Positions 7,525-16,620 of a stretch of 30,441 nt of DNA are shown one piece after another (the stretch's first letter is position 1; every line of letters starts with the position of its first letter). The position numbers and the translations under genes were made by a program. Source of the DNA: a virus. Its lineage: Duplodnaviria > Heunggongvirae > Uroviricota > Caudoviricetes. The DNA lies in the IMG/VR virus record IMGVR_UViG_2563366799_000003; one strand, written 5' to 3'. The notes below the pieces were generated by a model, which did not search any database, was not told the origin of the DNA, and worked only from the letters and a program-made list of their open reading frames with translations.

Positions 7525-7924
7525 ATCGTTTAGCTGCGACTGGTTAAGGCTGGCACTGGTACAGGTTTTGCGCTCCGGATGGAGCATTGTCATTCTCGTC
7601 GGCCTGTCGCTGTTCATCTGTAGTTTCTCAGGCCGCCAGGCATTTATGGTCTGGTGGCTGGCACTCTCCGGCGTGGTTCTGATCGGATTCAGTATCTTTC
7701 TTGGCAATCTTCCGTACAGGCTTCTTAAACCTGAAATGCATATCAGCCGGCATGCCCGTTTCTGGGCGTGGGTCATCTGGGTTGTAGGCGGTTTTCTTCT
7801 CATTCTGAGCCAGCTATATGCCACCCCGTTATACCTGATTCTTCTTACACCAGTGGGTGCTGCAATCGGCGTTCTTTTCTGTATGTGGGTTGAACGTAAG
7901 GGGCTTCTTGCATGGATCCAGTAA
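7517..7924 (+). CDS. integral membrane protein with four predicted TM helices (holin candidate)
   Basis: Internal ATG of ORF 7385..7924 with AAGGA ribosome-binding site 8 nt upstream; hydrophobic stretches IVILVGLSLFICSF, MVWWLALSGVVLIGFSIFL, FWAWVIWVVGGFLLIL, LILLTPVGAAIGVLFCMW. Confidence 0.45.
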   Translation: MFKSFSCDWLRLALVQVLRSGWSIVILVGLSLFICSFSGRQAFMVWWLALSGVVLIGFSIFLGNLPYRLLKPEMHISRHARFWAWVIWVVGGFLLILSQLYATPLYLILLTPVGAAIGVLFCMWVERKGLLAWIQ

Positions 7925-8520
7925 CCATCTCTACCGTTGCCAGCGTTCTGATGAAGGCAGGACCGTCGTTACTGCGTACCGTGGGCGGCTGGTTCGGTGG
8001 CGACACCGCCAGAACGGCAGATTCTGTGGCGGGGATCGTTGAGAACGTCAACAGCGTCATCAACCCGCAGGACCAGCAGCGGGTGCTTGAGCAAAAACTG
8101 GCGGCGCTGCCGCCAGAACAGTTCGTCCAGCTCCAGTCCCTGAAGGTCCAGATTGAACAATTCCAGCTTGAGCGGGACAAAGCCGTACTGGCTGACCGTC
8201 AGGCTGCCCACCATGAACAGCAGGAAACCATCCGTAACGGGGACAACGCCACGGATGAATATGTCCGTCAGACCAGACCGCTGATGGCCCGGCTGTCGCT
8301 ATACAGCAGCATTGCGTATGTGATGCTGATGTCTGTGGGTCAGCAGGCTGGCGCGGTATCCGGTGCTTTTGGTCATGCCTTCTCCATGCCATCACCGGAC
8401 TGGGATATCGCACTCATGCTGGCGACACCGGCGCTTGGGTATCTTGGTTTTCGTACCCTTGACGGGTTCGCCCGGTACAGCAAATCCAGCAAACACAAAA
8501 CGATGGCGGCGGGTAGATGA
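7912..8520 (+). CDS. hypothetical lysis-region protein with hydrophobic C-terminal segments (possible holin-like or spanin-like component)
   Basis: 202 aa; soluble coiled-coil-prone middle (QQRVLEQKLAALPPEQFVQLQSLKVQIEQFQLERDK); C-terminal hydrophobic stretches LYSSIAYVMLMSVG and IALMLATPALGYLGF; 13-nt overlap with upstream gene. Confidence 0.4.
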   Translation: MDPVTISTVASVLMKAGPSLLRTVGGWFGGDTARTADSVAGIVENVNSVINPQDQQRVLEQKLAALPPEQFVQLQSLKVQIEQFQLERDKAVLADRQAAHHEQQETIRNGDNATDEYVRQTRPLMARLSLYSSIAYVMLMSVGQQAGAVSGAFGHAFSMPSPDWDIALMLATPALGYLGFRTLDGFARYSKSSKHKTMAAGR

Positions 8521-8723
8521 CGGATGAACTGGACAAGGCCAGCGGCCTTGAGATGGCAGACCGTGAACGGGCATTAAATGCTCAGTTAAACAGGGTTAAA
8601 GAATCTCCTGACACGCCAGACCACTGCAACGACTGTGGTGACGAAATTGACCCGAAACGACTGGCGGCCATGCCGGATGCCGTGACCTGCATTGACTGCC
8701 AGACACTCAGGGAGACGGCATAA
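8517..8723 (+). CDS. TraR/DksA-family C4 zinc-finger protein
   Basis: 68 aa; CNDCGDEI ... CIDCQ four-cysteine motif with typical spacing; ATGA overlap with upstream stop. Confidence 0.7.
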   Translation: MTDELDKASGLEMADRERALNAQLNRVKESPDTPDHCNDCGDEIDPKRLAAMPDAVTCIDCQTLRETA

Positions 8724-9029
8724 ATGGAATGGGAAACCGTAAGAAGTAACTGGGCTGTCATCTGGGCCGGACTGATGTCCGGTATCAATATTATCCACCT
8801 GCTGCTGGTGAAAACCTATGCCCGCCGGGAAGAGATGGAGAAAGTTAACAGCCGGATGAGTGCACTTGAAAAGGCCATCGACGGGATGCCGTCACGGCAG
8901 GAACTCCACCAGTTGCAACTGGATATGAGCAACCTGCGCGGCGAAATACGGGAGTTCTCCGGAATGCTCCGGCAGGCCACACGTATCAGCGATCTGTTGC
9001 TGGAAAACGAACTGAAGGAAAAAAATTAA
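8724..9029 (+). CDS. membrane-anchored coiled-coil protein (Mu-like DUF2730-type; possible inner-membrane spanin)
   Basis: 101 aa; N-terminal TM WAVIWAGLMSGINIIHLLLV followed by a coiled-coil-prone periplasmic region; ATG immediately after upstream TAA. Confidence 0.5.
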   Translation: MEWETVRSNWAVIWAGLMSGINIIHLLLVKTYARREEMEKVNSRMSALEKAIDGMPSRQELHQLQLDMSNLRGEIREFSGMLRQATRISDLLLENELKEKN

Positions 9030-9035
9030 GAGGCT

Positions 9036-9329
9036 ATGAGCATGCAAGAAATCCTCAACAGCGACCAGCGTCTGGTCATTCTGCGCTCACTGGTGGAGTG
9101 CGGAGACAGTGCAAACGAATCCATTCTACAGACCTGCCTCCAGACCTACGGCCACCGGGTTTCCCGTGACACCGTCCGCACCCTCCTTGCGTGGCTACGT
9201 GAACAGGGACTCGTCACCCTGTCAGATGTCTCCGGGTGTTACGTCGCCGGCATCACAGGACGCGGTGAAGATGTGGCCTTTGGGCTGGCGACGGTCCCCG
9301 GCGTCAAAAAACCACGTGCGCGGGAGTGA
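9036..9329 (+). CDS. hypothetical protein (97 aa), possibly winged-helix-like
   Basis: ATG with AGAGG ribosome-binding site; segment LVILRSLVECGDSANESILQTCLQTYGHRVSRDTVRTLLAWLREQGLV resembles a wHTH; no family assigned. Confidence 0.5.
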   Translation: MSMQEILNSDQRLVILRSLVECGDSANESILQTCLQTYGHRVSRDTVRTLLAWLREQGLVTLSDVSGCYVAGITGRGEDVAFGLATVPGVKKPRARE

Positions 9330-9331
9330 CG

Positions 9332-9706
9332 ATGGAACGGGCCAGAATACTTCAAATGTTAATGACCTGCCGCCAGCAGGCGGAACAGTTGCGCCGCCTG
9401 TCAGGTCTGGCGGAGCGTCGGGAGTCCGGTGAAATCGGCATGTCAGCGAATGCGCTTTTTCAGGCCGCTGTGATCATTGATTCCCTTATCAGTGCAAATG
9501 AAAAAGCACTGGAAGGCATTGCCCGGTTGGACCGCTCTGAAACCCAGCTTATAGGAGAGCGCGATCAGGTTATCGCCGTACTGGACAGCATGTATGAGGC
9601 TGTAACCGGTGCGCCCCCTGAGTGGAGCAGCGCATTTGGTTTTACGGATGCGATTAACGATGTGACAGAGCGTATTTTTGAACTGGAGAACATCTGCCAT
9701 GACTAA
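9332..9706 (+). CDS. hypothetical protein (124 aa)
   Basis: ORF-track start 9326 is GTG overlapping the upstream stop; ATG at 9332 sits 6 nt after GGGAG; coiled-coil-like sequence. Confidence 0.5.
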   Translation: MERARILQMLMTCRQQAEQLRRLSGLAERRESGEIGMSANALFQAAVIIDSLISANEKALEGIARLDRSETQLIGERDQVIAVLDSMYEAVTGAPPEWSSAFGFTDAINDVTERIFELENICHD

Positions 9707-9977
9707 AGCCCTTAAGCCACTGAGCAGCAGCCAGCGCGACATCATCCGGAAAATGGCCGCCATTCTCGTCTGTGCGGAAATTGAAGTCAGAGCCATTGCA
9801 CCGCAGTTTGAAAAATCGACGGGTAAAAAATACAACTCCGAATCCGCTGATTCGTATCTGAACACATTCCTCAACAGCAACCCGGAATACAAACGCGTCT
9901 GGAAGTTGCTGCTGAAAGACAAATCCAGCGTTGAACGTGACTTCCTTGAACGTATGAGGAGGGAGAATGGCAAGTGA
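9699..9977 (+). CDS. hypothetical protein (92 aa)
   Basis: Internal ATG of ORF 9678..9977 with GGAG ribosome-binding site; ATGACTAA overlap with upstream stop. Confidence 0.5.
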   Translation: MTKALKPLSSSQRDIIRKMAAILVCAEIEVRAIAPQFEKSTGKKYNSESADSYLNTFLNSNPEYKRVWKLLLKDKSSVERDFLERMRRENGK

Positions 9978-10545
9978 ACGCCAGACGCGCGGACGACCCT
10001 CAAAGATTGATTTGCTCCCGGATGCGGTCCGGGAGCAACTTCATCAGATGCTGCGCGACAAACGACATACCCAGGAAGAAATCCGCGAAGCGATTAACGA
10101 GCTGATCAACGAATATAACCTTCCGGAGGACATGCAAATCAGCCGTACCGGTCTGAACCGCTACGCAAGCCGCATGGAAACGATGGGGTCAAAGATTCGC
10201 GCTTCACGCGAGATGGCTGAAATATGGGCATCAAAACTTGGCTCAGCGCCGACGTCTGACGTCGGAAAATTACTGCTGGAGTTTGTCAAAACACTGGCCT
10301 TTGAAACCTCAATGGAAATGGCTGACAGCGATAAAACTGTCGAACCAAAAGCGCTGGGCCAGCTTGCGCTTGTCGCCCAGCGACTGGAAGCCGCAGCGAT
10401 GGCAAGCCACAAACGCGAGAAAGAAATCCAGCAGGAGTTTGCGAAAAAAGCCGCTGCGGCCGCAGAGACCATAACCCGTTCTGCTGGTCTGTCTGCTGAG
10501 ACGGCGGCTGATATCAAACGTCAGATTCTGGGGATTGCAGAATGA
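9967..10545 (+). CDS. Mu gp27-like protein (putative small terminase / DNA-recognition subunit)
   Basis: 192 aa immediately upstream of and overlapping (ATGA) the large terminase; basic N-terminus QTRGRPSKIDLLPDAVREQLHQMLRD suggests DNA binding; position as in Mu. Confidence 0.65.
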   Translation: MASERQTRGRPSKIDLLPDAVREQLHQMLRDKRHTQEEIREAINELINEYNLPEDMQISRTGLNRYASRMETMGSKIRASREMAEIWASKLGSAPTSDVGKLLLEFVKTLAFETSMEMADSDKTVEPKALGQLALVAQRLEAAAMASHKREKEIQQEFAKKAAAAAETITRSAGLSAETAADIKRQILGIAE

Positions 10546-12125
10546 CGACGATGACGCCGGACAGAACACTCACCAGTCAGTCCGCTGCGGCTATCCTGTC
10601 GGGCGAGTTCGACAAAAGCCAGCTACTGCTTCCCTACCAGAAGCGGTGGATTGCCGACTCCTCTCAACTGAAGATTGCCGAGAAGTCGCGTCGTACCGGT
10701 CTGACCTGGGCGGAAGCCGCTGACGCGGCCCTCAACGGCTCAATGTCGGTGGAGGCCGGTGGGTGCGACACATTCTACGTCGGCACAACGAAAGACATGG
10801 CCCGTGAGTTTATTGATGCCTGTGCCATGTGGGCGAAAGCCTATGACCGCGCCGCGTCTGGCATTGGTGAAGAAGTGCTGAAGGATGAAGACAAAGACAT
10901 CCTGGTCTATGTCATCCAGTTCGCCAGTGGCTACAAAATCAAGGCGCTGTCGTCTAACCCGTCGAACCTGCGTGGTATGCAGGGTAACGTCATCATTGAT
11001 GAGGCCGCATTCCAGGCTGACCTTGCAGCGGTACTCAAGGCGGCGCTGGCGCTGACAATGTGGGGGAATAATGTTCGCCTTATTTCCACTCACAACGGTA
11101 TTGATAACCTGTTTAACACCATCATCACCGACAGCCGGGCCGGGAAAAAACGCTACTCTGTCCATCACGTCGATATTGAAACGGCCATTGCAGAGGGGCT
11201 GTATCAGCGCATCTGTCAGGTTACAAAAAAAGTCTGGTCTGTGGAGGCCGAAGCGGAATGGCTGGCTAACCTGCTGAGCGACACGGCCACAGAGGAAGAT
11301 GCCCGCGAGGAATACTACTGCGAGCCGAAGAACGGCGGTGGCGTCTATATCGCACGTTCCCTGCGCGAACGTGCGGCCAGAGGTCCGACCGTTGTCCTGC
11401 GCTTCACCGGTACGGCTGATTTTAACGCGATGCCGGACGGACTGCGCCGTGTGGAAATGCAGGAATGGCTGGAGACGGTCGTACTACCCGAACTGGAGAA
11501 GCTGCCGCAGAACCTGCGCCACTGTCTGGGGGAGGACTTTGCGCGTAATGGTGACCTGACCGTGTTTGCACCGGTGACAGTCAACGATGACACGACGCGC
11601 AACGTCCCGTTCCTGGTGGAACTCAGCAATGTGCCATTTAAACAGCAGGAGCAGGCGCTGTTTTATATCTGTGACAGGCTTCCCCGCCGTGACGGCATCA
11701 AGCTCGATGCGCGGGGTAACGGTCAGTATCTGGCAGAACAGGCGGCGGAAAAATACGGTGATGAAGTTGAGCAGGTGCAGCTTTCCGTCAAATACTACCG
11801 GGAGAACATGCCACGGTTCCGTGCGGCATTCGAAGACAATGAGCTGGTACTGCCAAAGCATGAAGATGTGATCACAGACCTCGGCGCAATTCAGCTTTAT
11901 CGCGGCGTACCGGGCATTGATGATGCACGAACTACCGGCACCGATGGCCGCAAGCGTCACGGTGACTCTGCTATCGCTATTTTTCTCGGTTTCCTCGCCA
12001 GTCGCGAGGACTGCCGCCGTTATGAAGTCCACAAGTTAAAGAAACCTTCCCGCCCCGATGAGCGTAATGAACACCGTCAGGTCCGCATCACACGGGGTCT
12101 TAAAAATCAGCGGGGATTACTCTGA
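10542..12125 (+). CDS. terminase large subunit (Mu gp28-like)
   Basis: 527 aa; position between gp27-like and portal; ATPase/nuclease-sized protein with acidic motifs (e.g. VIIDEAAF) consistent with terminase. Confidence 0.88.
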   Translation: MTTMTPDRTLTSQSAAAILSGEFDKSQLLLPYQKRWIADSSQLKIAEKSRRTGLTWAEAADAALNGSMSVEAGGCDTFYVGTTKDMAREFIDACAMWAKAYDRAASGIGEEVLKDEDKDILVYVIQFASGYKIKALSSNPSNLRGMQGNVIIDEAAFQADLAAVLKAALALTMWGNNVRLISTHNGIDNLFNTIITDSRAGKKRYSVHHVDIETAIAEGLYQRICQVTKKVWSVEAEAEWLANLLSDTATEEDAREEYYCEPKNGGGVYIARSLRERAARGPTVVLRFTGTADFNAMPDGLRRVEMQEWLETVVLPELEKLPQNLRHCLGEDFARNGDLTVFAPVTVNDDTTRNVPFLVELSNVPFKQQEQALFYICDRLPRRDGIKLDARGNGQYLAEQAAEKYGDEVEQVQLSVKYYRENMPRFRAAFEDNELVLPKHEDVITDLGAIQLYRGVPGIDDARTTGTDGRKRHGDSAIAIFLGFLASREDCRRYEVHKLKKPSRPDERNEHRQVRITRGLKNQRGLL

Positions 12126-13693
12126 TGTTTAAACAACTAACCGGAGCCGTTCGCCGGCTGCTCAGTCCTGCCACGGGAGAAGTTGTCACCGTGAACAAGG
12201 ATGAGCTGAAGCAGACGCAATCCGCAGCGGCGGTAATGAGTGTACGTTCCCCCTCGGCAGGTATCAGCGTTGCCAGTACGCTGAGTCCCGGCAGGCTTGC
12301 GGGGATCTTACGTAATGCAGCCGATGGTCATGCCCGTGATTTCTTCATTATGGCGGAGGAACTGGAGGAACGTGACCTCCACTACGCCAGCGTTTTACGT
12401 ACACGCAAGCTGACGGTTTCCGGGATTGAACCTTCAGTGGAGGCCGGGAGCGATTCCCCGCGGGATGTGGAAATCGCAGATGATATCCGTAACCTCATGG
12501 CGCAACCGCAGGTTCCCGAACTGCTGTTCGATTTGCTGGACGGGCTTGGTAAAGGCGTTGGTGTCTGCGAAATCCTCTGGAATACCAGCACCACACTCTG
12601 GAAACCCCGCGATTATGAATGGGTAGATCCACGTTTTCTGAAACCTGACCGGGAAACGCTGCGTGATTTCAGACTACTGACGGACAGGAACCCCATCGAT
12701 GGTGAGCCATTGTCACCGGGGAAATTTATCGTCCATAAGCCCCGCCTGAAATCCGGTCTGCCCTTGCGTAACGGTCTGGCGCGTCTGGTGGCCGTCATGT
12801 ATATGCTCAAGTCCTACACAGTCCGGGACTGGTGGGCGTTTGCTGAAAAATTTGGCATCCCGATTGTGGTGGGTAAATACGGCAACAACGCCAGCCCGGA
12901 ACAAATCCAGACATTGCTGGATGCGATTGCATCACTGGCATCAGATGCCGGCTGCGCAATCCCCGACTCGATGAAACTGGAGATGCAGGAAGCGGCGAGC
13001 CGTAACAGCGGTGGCACTCTCTTTAAAGAGATGGCCGAATGGTGTGACGCGCAGATTAGTAAGGCCGTACTGGGGCAGACCATGACCACGGATGACGGCA
13101 GTTCACGTGCTCAGGCGGAAGTCCACAATGGTGTGCGTATGGACATCGCCAAATGGGATGCCTGGCAGTTATCCAACACGCTGTCTGAATTCCTTGTTCG
13201 TCCCTATGTGGATATGAATTACGGACCACAGGAGCATTACCCCCGCGTCGTTCTGCGCATCAGCAAACCGGAAGATCTTAAGGTTCTGGTGGATGCACTG
13301 TCGCCGCTGATTGACCGGGGGATGGAAGTTCAGATGTCAGAGATCCGTGACAAATTCGGGCTGTCTGAACCGGAGAAAGGCGCAAAAATTCTGACACCAA
13401 CGGCGCAAATGACTAACCCACTACCGGCCATGAACCGTGAGCAGACTGCGCTTAACCGCAGCCAGCCTGACGTTCTTGATATGATGGTGGATGAAGCGAT
13501 GAATGACTGGCAGCGTACCGGCGATGCGTTCACCAGTCCGGTGCTTGAGCTGGCAAAGAAATCTGACAGCTTTGAATCTTTTCTTGCTGGCCTGCCGGCG
13601 CTTCAGAAAGAACTTGATGCGGATGAGTTTGCGACGCAGCTGGCGATGCTCTGTTTTAAAGCCCGGTCGCTGGGAGATGTAAACGATGGCTAA
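12125..13693 (+). CDS. portal protein (Mu gp29 / DUF935 family)
   Basis: 522 aa directly after the large terminase with a 1-nt TGATG overlap; size and order as in Mu. Confidence 0.85.
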   Translation: MFKQLTGAVRRLLSPATGEVVTVNKDELKQTQSAAAVMSVRSPSAGISVASTLSPGRLAGILRNAADGHARDFFIMAEELEERDLHYASVLRTRKLTVSGIEPSVEAGSDSPRDVEIADDIRNLMAQPQVPELLFDLLDGLGKGVGVCEILWNTSTTLWKPRDYEWVDPRFLKPDRETLRDFRLLTDRNPIDGEPLSPGKFIVHKPRLKSGLPLRNGLARLVAVMYMLKSYTVRDWWAFAEKFGIPIVVGKYGNNASPEQIQTLLDAIASLASDAGCAIPDSMKLEMQEAASRNSGGTLFKEMAEWCDAQISKAVLGQTMTTDDGSSRAQAEVHNGVRMDIAKWDAWQLSNTLSEFLVRPYVDMNYGPQEHYPRVVLRISKPEDLKVLVDALSPLIDRGMEVQMSEIRDKFGLSEPEKGAKILTPTAQMTNPLPAMNREQTALNRSQPDVLDMMVDEAMNDWQRTGDAFTSPVLELAKKSDSFESFLAGLPALQKELDADEFATQLAMLCFKARSLGDVNDG

Positions 13694-14480
13694 GCCGGTC
13701 AGCGATAAATACAGCATTATTCCCCAGGAAGCACTGGCCTGGCTGAAGGCGAAAAAGCTGAAGCCGGGATTTGATTACCGCGATGTCTGGATGGAAGAAC
13801 ACAGCATCGGCTTTACTGTGGCAAAGATGACGCAGCTTGATTTGCTGGCGGACGTTCGCCAGCTCGTGGAGGACGCACTGGAGAGCGGCCAGACCTTTGA
13901 GCAATTTCGCGAGGTTCTTAAACCTATGCTGGTCAAACGTGGATGGTGGGGACAGCAACTGATGGATGATCCACTGACCGGTGAAACCCGTACTGTCCAG
14001 CTCGGCAGTGACCGCCGGATGCGCGTTATCTACGACACCAACATGCGGACAGCCCGCGCGGCGGGACAATGGCAGCGTATTGAACGGACCCAACGGGCAA
14101 TGCCTTATCTTGTCTACACCGTCGGCCCCTCACGTGAGCACCGTGCGGAGCATCTGCGCTGGAAGGATGTCTGCCTGCCGGTGGATCATCCGTTCTGGCG
14201 AACACACATGGGGCCGAACGGCTGGGGATGCAAATGCGGTACACGGCAAATCAGCCGGTATGAGTATGAGCAGATGAAGGCCAACGGCACTATCAACACG
14301 GAAGCCCCTGAAGTGCGTACGGTCAGATGGGTTAACAAACGCACCGGCGAAGAAGAGACCATTCCGGAGGGGATTGATCCCGGCTGGGCGTACAACCCCG
14401 GAATCTCCCGCAGTCGCGAGCTGGATGAACAGCTACGCAGAAAACAGGACGCGTTTGACAGTCATTCGCCACAAAGATAA
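13686..14480 (+). CDS. head morphogenesis protein (Mu F-like)
   Basis: 264 aa overlapping the portal end by 8 nt; minor-head-protein-like sequence; order as in Mu. Confidence 0.75.
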   Translation: MAKPVSDKYSIIPQEALAWLKAKKLKPGFDYRDVWMEEHSIGFTVAKMTQLDLLADVRQLVEDALESGQTFEQFREVLKPMLVKRGWWGQQLMDDPLTGETRTVQLGSDRRMRVIYDTNMRTARAAGQWQRIERTQRAMPYLVYTVGPSREHRAEHLRWKDVCLPVDHPFWRTHMGPNGWGCKCGTRQISRYEYEQMKANGTINTEAPEVRTVRWVNKRTGEEETIPEGIDPGWAYNPGISRSRELDEQLRRKQDAFDSHSPQR

Positions 14481-14580
14481 AAACCATCCCACAACGCGCG
14501 TGGCGGCATTAACGATTATTACGTCATGACGGCACGTGAAAAAATCGTTAAACGCGCCACAGCGTTTTTAAACGTGTTTT

Positions 14581-14603
14581 AAACGCGGTTTCATGCCGCG
14601 TTT
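14581..14603 (+). other. 8-bp-stem hairpin AAACGCGG / CCGCGTTT (loop TTTCATG) within a cluster of TTAAACG(C/T)G dyad repeats
   Basis: Directly readable inverted repeat; three TTAAACG(C/T)G copies at 14548-14556, 14568-14576 and 14579-14587; a further AAACGC / GCGTTT dyad at 14550-14567. Confidence 0.5.
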
Positions 14604-14607
14604 ACAG

Positions 14608-14623
14608 TGAAGCCGGTTAATCC
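14608..14623 (+). promoter_or_regulatory. second copy of TGAAGCCGGTTAATCC motif, candidate late promoter of the I-T head operon
   Basis: Exact 16/16 match to 6634-6649; motif centre is 65 bp upstream of the gene I ATG (14684). Confidence 0.4.
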
Positions 14624-14683
14624 ACCTGCATCCCCGTTCCCCCCCACACTGTCCGGAAGTAAACAACGTGACCGGACAACACC

Positions 14684-15640
14684 ATGAACCCGAACAATAC
14701 GGAACTGCTGGCGCTCTGCTTTCAGCTTCCTGACCTTACCGATGATGCATTGCCGGAATGGCTGCCGATGATACCGGCGGGAACCTTTACAGGGCGTGAT
14801 GGCCGTTCGTGGGTGAACAACAATCCGGAAGCCATCATTCGTGCCTCGATGGCTTATCCAAAGCTCCCGTTTGATATCGAGCACTCTACCGAACTGAAAG
14901 GCCCGAAAGGCGATGAAGCCCCGGCTTATGGCTGGATTGACGGCTATCGCGTCAGTGATGGCGTGGTGGAGGCGCACGTTGAATGGACTGATGACGGCAT
15001 GGCGCAGCTGCGCGGCAAGAAGTACCTCTATTACAGTCCGGCCTTTCGGTTCACTGCGGACGGTCAGGTCACCCGCCTGTCCAGCGCCGCGCTGACCAAC
15101 AAACCCAACCTTGATTTACCCGCACTCAACTCTGAGGAAAACACGATGACCGTACCTGTCCAGATTGTGACAGTGCTTGGCCTCGCGGCCACTGCCACAG
15201 CAGACGACGCAGTAAAAGCCATTCAGCAGATTAAGACCGCCGAGCAGGTGGCGCTTAACCGCGCTGAGAATCCTGACCTGACGAAGTTCATTCCGGTAGA
15301 GACCCACCAGTTAGCACTTAACCGTGCGGAAAGCGCTGAAAACAAACTCAATGAGATTGCCATCAAAGAATCAGAAGCACTGGTGGACAGCGCCATTGAG
15401 TCGGGGAAAGTCGCACCGGCCAACCGAGAAATGTATCTCGCCACCTGCCGCTCTGAAGAGGGCCGAAAGCGGTTTGCTGAATTCGTGAAAGCGGCACCGG
15501 TCATTGTCAGCAAGACCACGACGACCAAAAAAGAAGGCACCGAAGGTCATGCCTCGCTTTCTGACGAAGACCTCGCGATGTGCCGCCATATGGGCATCAG
15601 CGAAGAAGAATTCCTTTCCGTTCGTAAGCAGGAGAAATAA
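14684..15640 (+). CDS. head maturation protease / scaffold (Mu I-like)
   Basis: 318 aa immediately upstream of the major head gene; N-terminal protease-like domain and coiled-coil-rich C-terminal half (scaffold-like). Confidence 0.85.
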   Translation: MNPNNTELLALCFQLPDLTDDALPEWLPMIPAGTFTGRDGRSWVNNNPEAIIRASMAYPKLPFDIEHSTELKGPKGDEAPAYGWIDGYRVSDGVVEAHVEWTDDGMAQLRGKKYLYYSPAFRFTADGQVTRLSSAALTNKPNLDLPALNSEENTMTVPVQIVTVLGLAATATADDAVKAIQQIKTAEQVALNRAENPDLTKFIPVETHQLALNRAESAENKLNEIAIKESEALVDSAIESGKVAPANREMYLATCRSEEGRKRFAEFVKAAPVIVSKTTTTKKEGTEGHASLSDEDLAMCRHMGISEEEFLSVRKQEK

Positions 15641-15643
15641 TTC

Positions 15644-16537
15644 ATGCAGGTATCCGCAGAAGTGTTGCATGCCCTGACCACCGCACTGAGCGCCGCCTTT
15701 ACCAAAGGTGTTGGTCGGGTCAATCCGCAGTATCGATCCATCGCCACGGTCATCCCCAGTTCCGGCGCGTCTAACACTTATGGCTGGGTTGAAGACTTCC
15801 CGACCATCAAAGAATGGATCGGGGCGCGTCAGCTGAAAGAACTGGCTCAGGCCGGGTATGTCATTACCAACAAGACCTGGGAAAACTCGGTCAAGGTCAA
15901 GCGCGAAAAAATCGAGGACGATCAGATTGGTCAGTATTCCGTGATTGCTGAGCAGCTTGGCCGCGATACCACGATTTTCCCGGACAAGCTGTCGTTTGAG
16001 TTGCTGTGCAAAGGCTTCGATACGCTGTGCTGGGACGGTCAGTATTTCTTCGATACTGATCACCCTGTTGGTACATCCACCAAATCGAACGTTGTGGGCG
16101 ACCCGGCGACCGATACGGGTGAGCCGTGGTTCCTGATTGATGCAACGCATGCGCTGCTGCCCATCATTTACCAGGAGCGCCGTCCGTTTAACTTCATCGC
16201 CCTTGATGATCTCACCAGTGAGCGTGTGTTCCTTCAGAACGAATTCGCCTACGGGACCGATGGCCGCAGCAACGTTGGCTTTGGTTTCTGGCAGACCTGT
16301 GTGGGGTCAAAAGCAGCACTGAACAAAGCGAACTATGAAGCCGCTGTCTCCGCAATGATGGGTATCACGGACTCTAACGGCGAACCTCTGGGCATGAATC
16401 CGACATTGCTGGTCGTCGGTAAGAACAACCGTGGTGCGGCCAAGGCGCTGATTGAAGCGGTTACGGCTGATGGTGGTGGTTCAAACATCTATTACAAGGA
16501 TGTTGACCTGCTGGTCTCACCTTACGTCAAAGCATGA
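15644..16537 (+). CDS. major head subunit (Mu T-like)
   Basis: 297 aa, 3 nt after the I stop; size and position as Mu gpT; followed by hairpin structures. Confidence 0.85.
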   Translation: MQVSAEVLHALTTALSAAFTKGVGRVNPQYRSIATVIPSSGASNTYGWVEDFPTIKEWIGARQLKELAQAGYVITNKTWENSVKVKREKIEDDQIGQYSVIAEQLGRDTTIFPDKLSFELLCKGFDTLCWDGQYFFDTDHPVGTSTKSNVVGDPATDTGEPWFLIDATHALLPIIYQERRPFNFIALDDLTSERVFLQNEFAYGTDGRSNVGFGFWQTCVGSKAALNKANYEAAVSAMMGITDSNGEPLGMNPTLLVVGKNNRGAAKALIEAVTADGGGSNIYYKDVDLLVSPYVKA

Positions 16538-16571
16538 CGTCATTACGTAAAAAATCACGTAATGCCGGATT

Positions 16572-16592
16572 AAGGAGGGGTTAACCCTCCTT
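16572..16592 (+). terminator. terminator-like hairpin after the major head gene (no clean U-tract)
   Basis: 8-bp stem AAGGAGGG / CCCTCCTT around loop GTTAA; preceded by a second inverted repeat CATTACGT ... ACGTAATG at 16541-16564. Confidence 0.35.
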
Positions 16593-16620
16593 TAAACCCA
16601 ACCTGAATGAGGTTTAAAAA

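Noticed and set aside
7385-7924. Long 179-aa reading of the membrane-protein ORF
   Set aside because: The first 44 residues are low-complexity and overlap the upstream 72-aa ORF; the internal ATG at 7517 has a good AAGGA ribosome-binding site and begins directly at the first TM helix.
9443-10003. 186-aa minus-strand ORF antisense to three small plus-strand genes
   Set aside because: No ribosome-binding site; the plus-strand genes show translational coupling (ATGA overlaps) that the antisense ORF would disrupt.
14526-14582. 18-codon ORF (MTAREKIVKRATAFLNVF) inside the F-I intergenic region
   Set aside because: No Shine-Dalgarno sequence and it overlaps the dyad repeats; more likely coincidental than a leader peptide or a small anti-defence gene.
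15371-16150. 259-aa minus-strand ORF antisense to the I/T head genes
   Set aside because: Overlaps the protease/scaffold and major capsid genes on the opposite strand; composition is Arg/Gly-rich nonsense and it breaks the otherwise uninterrupted plus-strand operon.
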